Source of the DNA: Blasia pusilla
Lineage: Eukaryota
NCBI GenBank assembly: GCA_050084515.1
Contig: CM114271.1
Location: forward strand, 44,268,001-44,332,000
Direction of reading: 5' to 3'
DNA: 64,000 bases
Part shown: piece by piece, positions 1 to 12,581 of the stretch
How the letters are laid out: each line of letters starts with the position of its first letter
How positions within the stretch are numbered: position 1 is the stretch's first letter
Notes under the pieces: generated by a model
What the model was told of the DNA's origin: nothing
Database searches by the model: none
Seen by the model: the letters and a program-made list of their open reading frames with translations, nothing else
Program-made: the position numbers and the translations under genes

Positions 1-2182
1 GTTATCCTTACTGTCCTTCATACTTCCGAACTCCTTCGCCTCCCGCTTCGGCGCCAGTATCTGATCCCACTCCCAAAGAAAGCCCGGTTTCAGTACTCTT
101 CCACGTGCTATACCCTTCTTGTCACAGATCCGCCAACTATCCTTCTTCGCTCACCACCTCTCAACACTGCTCCCGATTCTCCCACGTCCATGATCCTTCC
201 TATCACCAACCATCATCCTCGGTATCGTTCCCCATCTGAAATCTTCTTCTCCAGCGTCGTCGTTGTCCGCGCCCATCACCCCATGGCGACGACACACCCG
301 CCCCAGCGAGGGAAAAAGCGCAAGCGCAACCACGCACCTACGCACCGAAGCGAGCAAGTAAGGAAACGCGAGTACACACACACGCGCACACTCTCTCACT
401 CTCTTCTCTCTCTTTCTCTTGGAGTTCCAGTCCCTATGCTTTACTCGAATCGCCTTGCCGCCTCGCCTGGAAGTGTGTTTGTCCTCTCGGTAGCACCAGA
501 ATAGTCTCGGCTGCGCTTTGTTTTGCTCCGTACCATTGCGGGCATTGATAGGAACGAAATGCTCGTCGTTCGTTCAGTGGATTAACTCTAGTGCCGAGGT
601 TTGGTTGGAAACTTGTTCGATCGCCCGCTATGGTCCCGGACTCCGGAGTCCAGCGAGACACTTAAATCACACGTGGCGGGACGGAATTGGTCCTTGTAGG
701 AGACCAGTAACGAAAACTGGCCAATGGGCTTCTCGGTAAAGTGGTGAAATTTCACGGGGCACTTCACTCTCCTTCGCATCAAAATCTATATTATTACTGG
801 AGGCGGCTTTTTCATTTCCAAACCCTTTGTACTATACACGTGAAAACCAGCAGCAAGGAAAAAATTTATATTTTACGGGGAAAAAATAGAAAATTAATTT
901 ATGTGACATGGATAATCCCTTCACTCCCGTGCTGCACACTACCTTTACCGATGATTCTCTCAGCGTATGAGCGCTTCGTATTATATCCCCTGGCATTCTG
1001 ACTGAATGCGCCAAATCTTCCAAATATCTGCTAAGCAAGCGATGCAAGAGCTCCGTCTTCGATTGGCCCATCGGTGCTGCCTTCGCGAAATCAGGGTTCG
1101 GTAACTTCGGTACCTACTTGGCTTACCCAAATAATATCTAGCTAGACTGACAACTACGATCTAGTCAACTGGTGGGCCCCACTTATCAGACATGTTCCTG
1201 TCCCCAAATAGCAATCCAAGAGCTTATATGATTGGTGCGAATCGCACCAATCAAAGTCTTCCATATTTCCCATCAACCCACCAATCACATGGCGGAGGCT
1301 GAAACGGCCTTTGGATGATGAGGTCATCTCTAGGACTTGCACGTCTGCGATTGGATCGGCTCTGAAGATGGTCCGAAGGTACCCACGCGACCGGAGGCAT
1401 CTGCCTTATCATGACAAGGAGGCCTGACACACCAAAGGTTCGCCACCTTCGCCTTCACTGGATGGTCCGGGAAAATACCTACATCTGGGGCAGCTACGAT
1501 TGCAATTGGTGGGATGAAAGCCCTGGCCCCGGGACGCCCACTGGCGGACGCTCCGGAACAACGTCCGGGGAGAACCGGCAAATAGTGTAAAGCTGGCCGG
1601 TTAGAATCTGGAATTGACGACATCCGAGAAATTTAGGCGGCTGAGATCCCGACGGCTTCATGGGACATTCCGGGAAATGGATGGCCGGGATTTCTTGAGC
1701 CGGAAATGTGCCGCTTGCCGGGAGGAATTAGCCGGAATATTTCTGCTGCCGGTCACTTCACCCGGATTCTTGCCGGGTTGCGTTTTACAGAGGTCGGATT
1801 TTTGCTGGACCACTTTCAGGTGGTCGGAATACCGGATAGGTGGCAAGAACCGTCAGATTCTCATCACGAAATCTTGGCCGTAGGTAGGGCAGCTGCAACA
1901 TTAGGGTTGGAAGTTGAATCGGGGATTCGGGGCGAGTTAGGACCCAGGAGCCTTAGCCCCAGGCCCGAGGGGAACAAGCCACCGAGGGCTGCGAGGCGGA
2001 GCCGCGGAAGGGGTCCATTCCCCATACTCCCAGAGTCAACAGTTTATGCGTGAGGGGATCCAGCGATCAAGCCTCCAATGTGATTTGCATCTTCACTCTA
2101 CTGCTCCTCCCAAATCGTGTGCACACTGTGGCTGTGCTCGTCCAAACTTCGAAGTGCTGAGTTTTTGCAGAGTTTCCTTTTT

Positions 2183-2650
2183 ATTCTTCGCCCTGAGTTC
2201 CTTACGCGCCTGCTGCAGCGAAGCCGTGCTAGAGAGGGCGCTCGCGAGTTGACTTCTTCGGACCGAGTTCGGACAGCTAGCAGTTTCTTGACTTTTCTCC
2301 TCTTTTTTTGCACGATCCTCGAACGTCATTTGCGTCTCCAGTGGCTTTTGAGTCCGGTGCACACTCCAACGTGCGAAGTACTCTTCCAAAGTTCTTCCAA
2401 AGTTTTGAGTCTTTTGATTCTTCGCCCTAAGTTCCTTACGCGCCTGCTGCAACGAAGTTGTGCTAGAGAGGGCGCTCGCGAGTTGGCTTCTTCAGACCGG
2501 GTTCGGACAGCTAGCAGTTTCTTGTCTTTTCTCCTCTTTTTCTGCACGATCCTCGAACGTCATTTGCGTCTGCAGTGGCTTTTGAGTCCGGTGCACATTC
2601 CAACGTGCGAAGCACGCTTCCGAAGTTCTTCCAAAGTTCTGAGTCTTTTC
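2183..2650. repeat. Tandem duplication, 2 x ~234 bp
   Basis: attcttcgccct...ccaaagtt(t/c)tgagtctttt starts at 2183 and again at 2417. It is visible as a 78-aa repeat in ORF 2117..2680. Confidence 0.9.
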
Positions 2651-3472
2651 AAAGTTTGGATTCTGTGTTCGATTCCTTAGAATCCTCACCTTGGGTCCTT
2701 GACGCAGCTGTTGCGGCAAAGCTTGTCGAGAGTCGAGTTCTAGGGAGTCGGGAGTAGGCGCCTGAGGTTTTTCGTCTGTTTTTAGGTTTCTGCTCGAGTG
2801 CTCAGGAGTTGGCGTCCTGTGGGCTTTCCTGCTGTTATCCTTTTTACGCCTGAGTGTTGGGGATTTGGGAGTCGGTATCCTAGGACCTTTCTGCGTTGTT
2901 CACTCTTTCTTCTGCTTAAGCTTCTACTCTGATTAGTGCCTGAGTCTGCGTGCTCGGGCCAGCTTGGCTCTTTTGCAATTTGGATTTTATCTCGAGTACC
3001 CGGGAGTGTGGAGTCTGAGATTGAGTGTCGAATCTGTAACCTTGTCACCTTGCTCGAACTGCTCAAACCTCGAGTGCTCATTCCATAGCTTGAAGCCTCG
3101 ACCGCCAAGTCTTATGTTGCAGCTTTCGTAGATATTGCACTCTAGAGCTTTCATGTTTACACTTTCACTAGAGGGTTTAGGCTGCTTTGTTTGACTTGCC
3201 TAAGTTTCCCCTCTGCCTTTGCTTTGCTCTACTCAAGAGAGTCAGAAGCCCTATTTTTCACCCTTGATCTTGGTTTTGAATCTGCTCTGCTCACGGGTTT
3301 GGCAGCAGAAAGTGATTGGGGTTTTTGACTTTGGCCTTTTGCTCTAAGTCTCGGACTCTCAGATGCCACGTTTCTTTTGTTGTGAAACACTTTTTCTCTT
3401 GTCTAGAAGACGAGGCTTTGTGCCCGGCTCTCGTTTGACCTAAACCTTTGTTAACCCTTTATTGTCTCATAC

Positions 3473-5719
3473 ATGGCTAAGAGACAACGAACCATGAGCG
3501 AGATGTTGGCCAAAGACGTGAGCCAAGACTTTCCAGATATCTCAAGCCGGTCAGGGTCCTCAGATGGGAGGGAAGTTGAGAATTCTCGTACTCCTTCCAG
3601 TAGTTTAATTGAGAAGAATCAATTGGCTTGGAAGGATGTGTGGTACACCTTATTTGACTGGATAGAGTTTCATGCAGAGTCTGGTAGAATATTTTGTAAG
3701 GTTTGTAGACAAGGAAAGGGTAAGAATTCCTTTGCAAGGGATGGTGTCATAAATTGTAAGGTTTCAGCCTTTACAGATCATAGCAAATCGATTGAGCATA
3801 TGAAAATTTCTTGGGTTGCTAATATAGGAAACAGGTCGATGGCCAAGGCCATTGCCACTACTAATTGGACTTGTGACCAAGCCTTGTTAATATTTTCAAG
3901 TATGCATACTTCATCGCTAAGGAATCATTGCCTTTTGCCAAATTCCCGAATTTGTGTAAGTTGTTACTTTCAATGAATGCACCAATTACCCGAGATTTAT
4001 ACCAAGATGAGAAGACTTGTGCTGATATGTGTTATTATATCAGTCAGGTAGTGCATAGAAGAACACTTTTAAAAGTTCAAGAATCTCCTTTCTTTGGGAT
4101 CATGATTGATGAGTCCAATGATATTTCAATAACAGGCCATCTCGTTGTATTTGCAACTTACTTATTAGAAGGGCAAGTCGTGAATTCCTTCTTAGGATTG
4201 TTGCAATGTCCAAAAAAGTGTTCAAATGCCATTACTAACAATCTTTTGGAGTTGATCAAGGACTCTGGACTAGAGAGTTCAAAGATGGTCGCTTTTGGAT
4301 CAGACGGAGCCTCAACTATGGTAGGTAGTCAAAATGGAGTAGCATCGCACTTGAAGTTGAAGGCAAACCCTTTTTTGCTCTCTCTACATTGCGTTGCGCA
4401 TAGGACCAATCTTGCTTCTTTAACAGCTGCCAAAGGACCAAGTTGTAAAGATGTATCTATAGAGATTGATTCCATCTTGGATTCTGTAGTTGGATACTTT
4501 AGAAGGTCCTCAAAGAGGAAGTGTGCTCTTGCAATTTTGTAAGAGAAGTTGAATGACTCTCAGAAGGTCATGAAGAGATATCATAAAACTCGTTGGTTGT
4601 CTCGATGGCAAGCCGTAGTGTGACTCCCTGGAATCTGTTCTCACCTATTTCAGGGACATTCCCCGCTTTGAAGATGATGGTAATGCTACTAACATGTACA
4701 ACAAGCTGAGATCATTTGAAATGATCTATCAATTGTACTTTTTGGCAGACATATTGTTTATCCTTGCTAATTTGAGTAAGGTTTTCCAATACAAATTTGT
4801 AGATGTTAGTACTATTGGTAGTATTGTAAAATCTGAGATTGCCTCTATTACAATGAACTTTGTAATGGAGAATCATGACTTGAATGCTTCTACATTCTCC
4901 GAAGAAAGAGGTTATCATCTCTTACCTGATTTTGGACCCCCTGGTGGATTCCTGAAACGACTGAAATCTGAGATTAGGGGTAGAAAGTTCCATAGCATTG
5001 AAATGTTGAGAGATCGTACGGGAAAGGATTTACAGGCTGCTCTAACTTTCCAGAAGAACTTTGTTGAGAATGTATGTGTAGCCTTACATGATAGATTTAG
5101 GGATAATAGTTTGATAGGTGCAATGAAAATTCTGAATCCTCTTCATATGCCCTCAAGGTTAGTAGGATTGAATAGTTGGGGTTGCAAGGAAGTGGATGAT
5201 CTTTGCGCACATTTTGGAAGGGAAACGCCTTTTAGGGGTCACTTGCAACCACCTCTTGTGAATTCAGCAAGTGTGAAGTATGAGTTTCAATCATTTAAGC
5301 TCATGGCCACCACAGAATGGAAAGATAGAAACTTTCGAGATTTGTGGGCAATGGTAAGTTGGAGCCCATCTCTGCAATGTAAGTTATCTAATTTTCGTGT
5401 ATTAGCTAACATTGCTAGGGTACAATGTGTGAGTATTGCAATTTTTTAGAAAGCTTTCTCTGTGCAGAATTTGATCAAGACAAAAAGTCGTAATCAATTG
5501 ACGACTAAGCATTTAGATGTTGTTCTCAGGATAGCTTTAGAGGGTAAGATACTTGATTATGAGGATTTGTTGGTAGAATCAGTAATTCTTTGGAAAATTT
5601 CTATTAACTTTAGATATGTGTATTCTAATCCAGAGAGATATGTGAATGGTAAGGATGATACTCCATTGGAGGTTGCAAATGTAGAGGATTCTCCAAGTGC
5701 CCTAATTTCAAATGTTTAG
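3473..5719 (+). pseudogene. hAT transposase, ZNF862-like, with frameshifts and stops
   Basis: TTF-type Zn finger (FDWIEF..IFCKVC..SAFTDHSKSIEH), first Asp MIDESNDIS, second Asp GSDGASTMVG, CxxH motif HCVAHR, TRWLSR near 4590, and a C-terminal dimerisation region (QNLIKTKSRNQL). Split over ORFs 3473-3976, 3928-4542, 4694-5449 and 5462-5719. Confidence 0.9.
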
Positions 5720-6502
5720 TTGGTGGGAAGAGAGAGATGTGAGAGGTCCCTTTCATAATACCTTGAAGATTTGTTCTAAATCTTCAATGTATTATGAAGG
5801 GGTAGGATCCTTGGCTCCCGGTTGGGTGGAGGCCAGGCCAGGTTCAATTTCTGCCAAGGATATTACATGTGGGATTATAGCAAGGGAGGAAAGAGTTTAG
5901 GGACCCAAGGAGATGGAACAGGGAATTAGAAGAATGGAACATGGAGTGAGTGTAGGAACTGCTTGAGCAAGAAATAGCAAAGGGGAAAATGTACAGAGGC
6001 CAAAAAATGTTTTTAGCCGGTTCATATTCTAGCTACCAGAAAGTTTCCGAGGTTGTCTGAAAAGTTTTTGAAATCTGCCAGAATTTTTTTTTAAAGATGG
6101 ATAATCACTGGAAAGTAAATAATCTCTCAGAAATCTACCGCGAGCAAAAATTGTTGCCTTTTTTTTCCGAATAACTTTTCCAAAAAACCTTCGTACTTAA
6201 AAATTTTCCGGCAACCAGCGGGTTTCCGCCAAAAACCTCCCCGGACCCTGCTCCGGAATGTCGGAATACCCGTGGACTGAAGGAGCTCTTCCCTCTCTCG
6301 GGTGCCCGGACAAGGGAAAGGAAACAAAATCAACAAAGGAGACGTTGTATTTCTCGACCCATGTATGGCCCTGTTAACTGATCTCTTTGTGCTTTCACGG
6401 CGCGCTGACAGCAAGGATAATAGGTAGGGCTAAAGCCTTACCTAGGAATAAGGAAAGGGGAGAAACGAAGAGAACGGTGGGAGGATTATGATTTTTTTCT
6501 TA

Positions 6503-6890
6503 CACTAATAAGGAAAAAAAAAAAGTATTTGAAGAGTGTTTAATCCATGAAGAAAAAAATTAAAATTTTTTTTTTCTGTCCATAATATTATGAAAAAATT
6601 CTTATTGTTCAATTGTAATGTGTCAAGGAGATATGTGTTTGAAAATTAAAAAAAGGCACTCTCTTTTGATAATATAGATAAAGTGTTTGTACGATGCACG
6701 GGAAATTAAAAAGTGTTTGAAGAGTTAGTGTATCGTTCGTGAAGGGAAGAGATTAATGATGTTTCACATAAATTAAAAAAAAAATTCCAGCCCGTAGCAT
6801 GTGAAATATTTTTTTGATGCGCAGTTGTCACGTGTCAAGCATAGAGGTGTTTGCAAATCAAGAAGACACCCTCCCTTAATAGTATAGATA
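6503..6890 (-). mobile_element. Two tandem ~200-bp non-autonomous Helitron-like elements
   Basis: Two related units (aaagt(a/g)tttgaagag ... taat(a/ag)tatagat), each ending in the reverse complement of a Helitron-type 5' end (aTCtata...), with a remnant of the 3' hairpin (gtacgatgcacggg) at ~6690. Confidence 0.45.
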
Positions 6891-7224
6891 TAATAGATAT
6901 GGGACAAAGCTATTTAAAAAAAAAAATACCAATATTATATTTATCTTTATGATTATATTAGAAAATTATTAGTTATGAGATATATTTAAATTAAAAAAAT
7001 TATAAGATAAAATTTTAATTATTTTAATTATTTTAAATTATCATAAGTAATGTTGGCATATTGTTATGCGCATATGCATCGGTACATAATCCATATCATT
7101 GGTCACATCTACATAACACACAATATCGATCTTCCTAACACACAGGTTGATCTACACATACACATACAATAAGACACTTATGCATACTTGTACATCTAGA
7201 CCACATCACAAAATTAAAGTAAAT

Positions 7225-8860
7225 ATGGCTCACGCGGTCAACTCCACTCTTAAATCTTCATCGTAATATCAAGTCACATCCACTCTCTGCCATTGAGGGA
7301 ATTCACACTCTAACATCCTAGCTCCTACCAAATCTAAGCAAAAGAGGAGCTCCAAATGCTTAACATAAGAAAGATGGCTTGAAAAAGCCATTCCTTTCTC
7401 TTGCATATTCTTTGGAAGAGGCAAAAGCATTTTCCCCAAAAATAACCCTCCAAATCGTAATCTGCATGTACAGGTTACTGAATGACCTTTGACTCGGTGA
7501 ACAAGCCACCCAGTCGAAAATAGCAAAATAGAGGATTTATTAGAAAAAATGATTCAATAGACCTAACAGACCTATCGCCAACTTCATCCGACACCTCAAG
7601 ACACAATTACATCCAAACAGCCCCTTGACCCTCTATGCTAGCGACACGGTTAAACTCTACTTATCGGCTAACTACGATGTGACAAAATGAAGAAGGTAGC
7701 ACGTCCTTGTAGGATATTTTATATTCTTTAATATAAATTGCCAATAATAGTATGGAGTACGACCTATAATTTTATTTGAGGGTATCTTTTGAGTTTTGGT
7801 ATTCTTGGTTTTTTTTTTTAGTCACTTATTATTTCTACTCGTTCATGCTCGTGCGTTATAAAAATGATGGGTAATTTAGTTTATGAACTTTTCTTTGTCT
7901 CTTACATAATTATTTTGGAGGCCGGGATCAAAATATGCACAAAAGAATTTTGGAGAGACTTTTTTTAGTTTAGGATCATTAAGTGTTCCACTAATTGCCA
8001 TTCCATTCTTCTTATACTTTTTTTGATCTTAGACTCCACTCACTGATCTTCTCAAATTTGATCTTTTAGCTTCTAGTTGGAGGTTTGAAAAAGTTCATGG
8101 GATCTTTGGACCTACTCTTTCTATGGACATGTTAATAAAACCCTAAATGCAATTCCAAAAATCTCTCCATGTTTTTTTTTTTTTTTGCTTCAACAACCAA
8201 ATGAAAGCATTATTCTTTCTTTTTGCAATTTCTTTTATGTATTGGTCCCAAAATCATGATCGATCCCTTCCATTCATAACAAACGTTTATGTGTATTGTT
8301 ACATTCCCCTAACGTCCTCTTCTTTGGCTTGTAATGTGGTGTTTCTATTTTCCTTCATTACTACTTGTCAACTATCTAAAATTTCTTATCTGCTAATTGT
8401 CACATCTTAGCTAGACGTAGGTAGAGTTCTATCGCGTCGACGATATAGAGAGTCATCGGGCTCTTCTGGTGTAACTTTGTCTTGAGATGATGGATGAGAT
8501 TAGGGACACATCTATTGCGTCGGGTGCATCGTTTATGGCGCTTTCTTTATTTTGGTCTTACTTAGTCAGGCGATCCATTGACCGAGTCAACGGCCATTCG
8601 GTAACCTATGCACGCAGATTACTGTTGGGATGGCGGTCTTTGGGGGAAGAGCCTTTTTTGCTCTTCCAAGGGTCTAAGAGAGGGAGAGATGGCTTTAATT
8701 CCCAAGCCATCTTTCTCATGTTGAGGCTTAGGAGCACCTCTCTTGCATGTGTATGTAGGAACTAGGGTGCTAGCGTCCGGATTACCTCATAGTAGAGGGT
8801 GGATGTGGCTCGACATGCCGATGTAGATTGAGGAGTGGAGTTTTAGGATGGATGAGCCAT
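7225..8860. repeat. Diverged inverted pair of a ~400-bp repeat (~7225-7620 vs ~8440-8860)
   Basis: The two segments are reverse-complement related. Opposite-strand translations show it: HRVKGHSVTCTCRLRFG (7269..7526 -) and DRVNGHSVTYARRLLLG (8487..8765 +). Confidence 0.65.
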
Positions 8861-8962
8861 TTTCACTCTTATTATACATGAGAAAGATGCGAGGGGGCGG
8901 GGGGAATTCGATATTTGCAGGAAGGCAAGCGAGTTGTCTCGGTGGGGAGCCCTAGAGACGCT

Positions 8963-11900
8963 TGTCGTGCGCACACACATCGCTACACAACATATATCGT
9001 TGTCACCGAACACACACACAAACACGCACGATCCCATGCAAACCCATGGCATCCAAACAACGAGACAAGAAGGACCAGAATATCTCCAGTACAGTAAGAT
9101 CCAATATCTCTCTACATCATCTCACACCATAGCTCTCAAAGGTGTGCACTCTCTCTCTCATGTCAAACCAAACCCACTCTCCTAATGAGAGACTTGGGTT
9201 ACACTCACAAGGCAAGGGACCATAGCTCCGCCGCCTTATGCCAAGAGGTTCAACAAAGAGAGAATGAGCTCTCAAGCTCTCTCTCCTTGAGGTATACCCC
9301 TCCCCTCTCCCCAACTCTCTCTATGGTAACCTATGCTCCCAAGTCACCTCCTTGGCTCTTGACTTGATGTAGGAGGTCAAGGCCCACTTATCAAAAATAG
9401 AAAGGTGATCACATACTCAAAATGGTACTTACCTAGAATAGTAAGTTCCTCCATATGGCTCCAAATGAGCCGGAGCGAAGGGAAAACCAGCTCTCTCAAG
9501 TTTCCCGGGGCCTCAGCAGGTCATCCTTGACCTACTAAGTCTGTCCTCCACTACTCAAAAAGGCGCTCTACTAGATCTCACTGATCTATCACAAGAGACG
9601 TGATAGCTATCGTGCGCATACACATCGCTACACAACATACATCGCTGTCATCGAACAGACACACAAACACGCACGATCCCATGCTAACTCATGACATCCA
9701 AACAATGAGACAAGAAGTACCAAAATATCTCCAATCGCCCCCCTAGCTGGTGGTTAGGTCTCTCTCTGATAGCCATCTATCCCTACCTACCATGACATAC
9801 ATCTCTCGGACGCTAAGAGCAAGAAGGTCAGGTGCTCATGTGGCCCCATCGTTAGTCGCCTTCTTTTCAACCATGTCACAGACATAAGTTGTAATGTAGA
9901 ACTACCTACTCTATGTACATCAGGGACACATCCATCATCCCTGAGGAACCCTAGTGAGAGGTGGCGTGAGACATGCCATAGGCCAACCTCTCGAATATCC
10001 ATCACAAACTAGCATCGTGGTGGCACCACGGGCAGAACCACACAACATACAATGCAAGCCTATAGGAACTATTGCTAAGCTCGGATCTAATGTACCATCA
10101 ATGTTAGGAAGGTGACATGACGCTCAATTAAGCCCATGGTCTTTCCACACCATACCATTGCGTCCCTCCAGCAAGAGATCACCGCATGGCAAAACATAAT
10201 GCACTCTCAGGATAGTGTGCCCTGCAGTCACATCCAACGTTGTCGGTGCCGTCTGCTGCAAGTAGATAAAATCTCCTTGATGAAACCTCCAAATAGTTGG
10301 TCGATAACCACCACCTCGAATAGTCGCATACCTCAACGTATCCCGATGATACGCTATCGCCAAGTTCTCGAACGCCATGGGCATCACTCTCCAAAATAAC
10401 TTAGCCCTCTAAGAACATGCTCCCATCCATACATCTAGGTCATCAAGATCCAGCACCTCACTAGCATCTCGACGAATGGCCGTAGGTAAATCTGGCTCTC
10501 GGCCATAAAGTAGCAAGTACGGTGAAAAAGACGCTAAGGATGCTTGCCTGCTGAATCTGTATCCCATCGCCAACCACGGAAAGTGGAGGTCCCAATCTCC
10601 TAGGTGGCCTCTCTACAAGCCATACTTGCGTAAACCCCTCTTCACCGTATGCACAACTCTCTCCGCTAATCCATCCGCCTCAGGATGATCCCGCGAAGTC
10701 GTGCGGTGGTTGATCAACGTCTGATCACAAAAGGCCTGGAACTAACCACAAAACTTGGTACCCTGGTCTGTCAATACCTCAGCCGGTGTGCCGTAATGAC
10801 TCAGCACTCGATCTAGGAAGGCATACGCTACTCCCTCACTCGCTTTGTCAGGCAATGCAATCAACTCAATCCACTTCGAGAAGTGCTCGACCATCACCAA
10901 CACATAATGACTGTGACGCTCCGTCAAAGGCAAAGGTCCTACAAAATCCAAACTCCATCTATACCCTAAGCCCATGATTGGTAATGGATGCAACTGTGGA
11001 GTCGGAGCATTGAACGATGCTCGGACCCGATCACACACCATGCACCTGGCAACAAACTGTTGAACGTCAATTTGCATGCCTCGCCACCAATACTGAATCT
11101 GGAGCAAGCTCTACTTCCGCTTCACCCCAAAGTGACCCAACTCCTCGTGGGCATGTTGCACTAGTCTTGCTCTCTACAAAGGATGCGACACTACGCGTAC
11201 TCTACCATCCTCCCAAACCCTCAAAACATGTGTCCCCTCCCAACGGAACCGTCTAGCCCGCTGTAGGATCCGATCCTGCTCTCTAGCACCCAGGGTGTTT
11301 GCAACGCTGCCAGTACGAAGGTACTCCAACACTACTCCATCATCATGAATATCTCAGCCACTTGTCATCTCCTCACTAGCCTCGGGATCCAAGGACTCTT
11401 CACTAGACCTCGCCATCAAGGTCTCCACACTCTGGCTCTCCATAGCCAACATGCCTAAATAGGCTGACGAGTGCCATCCTAGCATTAACTCCTCATCACT
11501 CTCTCCATGCCATCGAGCTCCAGTTGCATCTCGCTGTCTCGCGCATGGGTTACGACTCAACCCATCTACATCTTGGTTGAGCGTCTTAGGTCTATGTACC
11601 ACGTGAAAATCATACTCTTGCAACAACAGAGCCCATTTTGCAAGCTTTCCTGTAAGCTTGTCAGACTCTATCAACCACTTCAGTGGTTGATAATCAGTGA
11701 TGATAGTAAAGGGGTTGCCGAATAAGTAACACCTGAAATGCGCGACAGCCCACACCGCAGCCAAGCACTCACTCTCATACGAGTTATACTTTGCCTCTGC
11801 AAACGTTGTTCGAGCGGCCAGCGTAAGCCACCACGAATTCTCTACCCTCATCATCATGCTGGGTGAGCACTGCTCCAAGCCCCAACATGCTCCAATCTGT

Positions 11901-12004
11901 GTGCAATTGGAAAGGAAATCCCTTGATCGGTCTCCTCAAGATGGGCGTGAACGTCAACCTGTCCTTGAGCAACTGAAATGCTCGCTCTTGCTTATCCTCC
12001 CAGT
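8963..12004 (-). mobile_element. Gypsy-type DNMT retroelement copy 1 (3' part only: RNase H, integrase, decayed PHD, B1-A2-B2 end)
   Basis: RNase H (LHTDWSMLGLGAVL, YNSYESECLAAVWA, TDYQPL), integrase (WSLDFVGPLP, LTDQG). Terminal repeats B2 ~8963-9090, A ~9091-9605 and B1 ~9608-9735 are homologous to 45457-46230. Cut at ~12004 by the Mutator-like element. Confidence 0.9.
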
Positions 12005-12369
12005 GGGTTGCACGGGTACCTCGCCTTGTTATCCCAAGATGAGGGAAGCGTGCAACCCCCCGGTCTTCGATGGGTTGCGTGGGTACCTCGCGATGTTAGC
12101 CCAAGACAGGGAAGGCATGCAACCTGTCCGTCCCGGACAGGTTGCCAGGGTAGCTCGACTTGTTACACGAGGAGGACGTATGCGTGCAACCCATGGGTCT
12201 TGGGCAAGTTTCTGGGCAACTCGCCCTACATCCCCAAGACGCAGGAAGCGTACAACCCATCGGAGACCGTCAAGTTGGCCGTGTTTCCACGTCCAAAGTT
12301 CCATAACGGCCGACATGTCGCCGTTGGTACGACGGTGCAACCCAACGGTCAGCTCAACGGCTCAAAAAG

Positions 12370-12377
12370 TATAAATA
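12370..12377 (+). promoter_or_regulatory. Putative TATA box of the cargo gene (copy 1)
   Basis: tataaata followed by ctcatttc. Conserved in copy 2 (27112-27119) and lies ~200 bp upstream of the conserved ATG (MTRKK). Confidence 0.55.
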
Positions 12378-12581
12378 GCCGAAATTTTGCTCATTTCCGT
12401 TTTTCATTTCACGAGTTCATGTGCTCTTCCGCGCAGCTGCTGACTAGATACCTAGGGGAGAGAGGAGGGTAAGGGCGCTTCATCACGAAACGATCACGGG
12501 GATTCATCGCGAGACCATTGGAGGGAATTTTTGTGCAGGGAAAGAGACTAGACTGTCGAGGAGGAAACATTGACGGGAACC

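Larger units (their letters stand above)
1547..6279 (+). mobile_element. Decayed hAT DNA transposon (right end recognisable, left end degenerate)
   Basis: Contains a hAT transposase pseudogene. The right end reads ...gtcggaatacccgtggaCTG (CAG-starting terminus on the minus strand). 6237-6262 matches 1547-1572 as an imperfect inverted repeat, and both sides have CCGG-rich subterminal tracts. No 8-bp TSD found. Confidence 0.6.

Noticed and set aside
1-1540. Short ORFs as host genes
   Set aside because: No recognisable domain or consistent exon structure.
2117-2680. 187-aa repeat protein
   Set aside because: The ORF arises from a 234-bp DNA tandem duplication in the hAT leader and has no protein motif.
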